Origin: Macrostomum lignano
Taxonomy: Eukaryota
NCBI GenBank assembly: GCA_002269645.1
Contig: NIVC01003855.1
Coordinates: 9,534 to 73,533, forward strand
Direction of reading: 5' to 3'
DNA length: 64,000 nucleotides
A program made the translations under genes and the position numbers. Under the pieces are notes generated by a model that saw nothing but the letters and a program-made list of their open reading frames with translations, searched no databases and had not been told where the DNA came from. Below are positions 61,569 through 64,000 of the stretch, piece after piece (the first letter of the stretch is position 1; each line of letters starts with the position of its first letter).

Positions 61569-64000
61569 CTGAATTTAAATTCAAATAATTAAAACAATAA
61601 TTGCTTTCATATAAAAGAATTCAGTACCAAAAAGACTTGTAGGAAAGACAAACACCACTAAGAATTAAAAAAGAAAGAATAAGCAGGATTAGCAATTACG
61701 CGTAGTCCTAAATCGTTTTAAATAGCATAGCATCTTAAATGCGTCCACTTAAATAAACGTTTACTGAAGATAGTATTAACTGACTTAAAAAGAATGAAAT
61801 TTATCTAATTCTTAATCCGGATATTAAAATCCTAAAGTTCAAAATTAAAACTCGCTGCATTAAGTTAAAAAAGCATCAGATACATCATTAGAGAACCCTT
61901 ATTATCTACATAAATATTTTTTAATTAAAACTCCAAAAAGCACCGTCCATACTCCCTAGCTATCTATTAAACTTTAAAAAATACGAGCCATTACTTTTTT
62001 ACAACCCTTACGAAGTCTATTGATCTATGTTTTTGATATGGATTTTAACTGTGAACTTTTACGCATGCGATTGAACTATCTATGGTCGTAATTCTCGAAG
62101 ACCCATACAGTTACTAAAGAGCTGGGCGCACTAGGGAAAATGGAATTGTACCATGACCTTTGTGCCCGCTGGGCACTTATTCTTGCCTTTTAATGCCATA
62201 AACTACATTTAAGCCCGCTTGCAGGAGTCACACTTACTTTAATGCAAATTAGCGGGCAGTTAATGACATTTAACGCCCGTTGTCTATTTCAAACTTACTC
62301 TAATGCAAATTAGCGGGTAGTTAATATCATTAACTGCCCGCTAATTTTGTCCCACTTTGTCAAGGACACAAATGTCTATGGCACAATGATAGTAATACCC
62401 ATGCTTTAAGGGCGTTAATGGAAAATCAGAGGGCACCGTAATTTTGTCCACTTTGTCAAGGACACAAATGTCTATGGCACAATAATAGTAATACCCATGC
62501 TTTGCGGGCGTTAATGAGAATCCTCGGGCGCCTAACGGCGCTCTCTGATTTCCCATTAACGCCCTTAAAGCATGGGTATTAATGTACTATTAACTAACGA
62601 ACGAGCGGAGCGAGACAAGGGCTCCTACGATAACGAATTATTTCCGCTCCTTTTTGTTAACACAAATATAGGATTAGACGGAACGAGCCGTCTTACGAAT
62701 ACACATCAGTTTTGATGGTTAAAAATGTTAAAAAAAGAATTTTGCTTTTAAACCTTTTTAAACATCACTTTTCCACATTATCCAATTTAGCTTTACAGTG
62801 ACTAACCTTTCTAAAAAGTTAGGTATAGAAGGTAATAATCGCAAAATAGTTACAAAAACATGCAAGCTAAACTTGACTATATTTTTCGGTTTTCGGATTA
62901 ATTACCAGTAATATAAGCATTAAGATCGATTTTAGGGCATTTTGTGCAGCCAAATATAAAATAAATTAAACTTGTTTTAAGGTTGGGGCAAAAACTAAGC
63001 TTAAGTGCAGTTGACTTGAAAAAAACGCTGTGCAATGTAGATATTACGTTATAATTAAAACAGAAATTTTGAAGGAAAATAACAAAAAGTTAAGACGATA
63101 TTTAATGTAGAAGCATAATAATAGCATCCAAAAGAGAGTTAAAGCGTCTTTTCTTGTGCACTTTTGTAGACAGGTGAAATTAAGGAATTAATAGGTAAAC
63201 TTGGATAGAATTGCATAGCTTTATAAATAACAAATAGCGAATAGCTAGCAGAACTTACTTTTATTCACTAGATAGTTTTTGAATTAAAAGAGAAATGAGA
63301 AATGAGAGGTGAGAATACGTGACTTTCTTTTGACGACAAAAATTCTTAACACTCCTCAGATAGCAAATTAACATGCACAATTGGCTATTGTTGCAATAAA
63401 AGCAAGCTAGTGATAAAATAGCTTTTTAAAGCATTCCTTTTGTTGCTAAAAATCTTGTCAAAGTTACAAAGTCCGACGCCAAAGTCCATCAAAAAAGCAA
63501 TTAAAATGCACCAGAGTTTTTCTCTGAGCTACCTGTTTGGCACTAATTCTAGCTTTTGTTGCAGTGATATATCCACTTTGAAATTCAACTAGAAGACACA
63601 TGTAATACAACAATGTATTGACACCTGTACAGTAAATGAATCACTACAATCAGTAAACCTACAGTAAAAATTCTCCATTGCATTTGATAGAGCTAACATA
63701 TATTCTAAAGGCAGACTAGCTGCCGGCACACAACAGGTAAAATCGAATGAAGAATTTACTGTTAAATTCTGTGAAATATCGTATATATACCATTACAGGT
63801 AATTTCCTGGTCTATTAACTTACTTGAGAAATTTCGTGTAGCTAGCATTGTAGTCAGAATCGCGCCCTGTCGAACGATAAATTGTAATTATATTGATTAC
63901 AAATTACAATTAGCTACTATAGTTAAATACCCATTTTAAAGTATTTTATACAAAACTATTATTATCGTCACATTTTTAAAACGGTAAACTTGTTTAATTT

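Noticed and set aside
63533-63588. Possible further CaMKII exon (EFQSGYITATKARISAKQ)
   Set aside because: Phase 1-0 does not fit the phase 1-1 linker series, and there is no CaMKII similarity.

Overview
Eukaryotic (animal) genomic DNA, so the bacterial-style ORF track is mostly misleading. The mix of compact GT-AG exons and introns packed with minisatellites resembles a repeat-rich invertebrate such as the flatworm Macrostomum (inference only). Four spliced genes were reconstructed by hand with phase-consistent junctions. (1) A USP/peptidase C19 deubiquitinase, possibly USP30-like (+, 4 exons, <3-7683, 5' end outside the window). (2) An SPMIP1/ATP6V1FNB-like ciliary microtubule inner protein (-, 2 exons, 19299-18591). 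(3) A Cys-less pentameric ligand-gated ion channel (+, 27174-46490/48987). (4) The 3' half (linker and hub) of a CaMKII gene (-, >61568-57132). The standout is the channel gene. It carries two tandem, intact 156-nt copies of the exon for the pore (end of M1, M1-M2 loop, M2, M2-M3 loop). The copies differ at pore-facing positions (Q/R at 2', A/T at 13'), which suggests a mutually exclusive splicing switch of the pore. The gene also has two candidate terminal exons and several features hinting at inverted membrane topology. The rest of the window holds many minisatellites and microsatellites, several MITEs with TSDs (P-like, hAT-like, Mutator-like), a retroposon-like insertion, a SINE-like family and a frameshifted P-element transposase remnant. 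No rRNA, tRNA or CRISPR array is supported.
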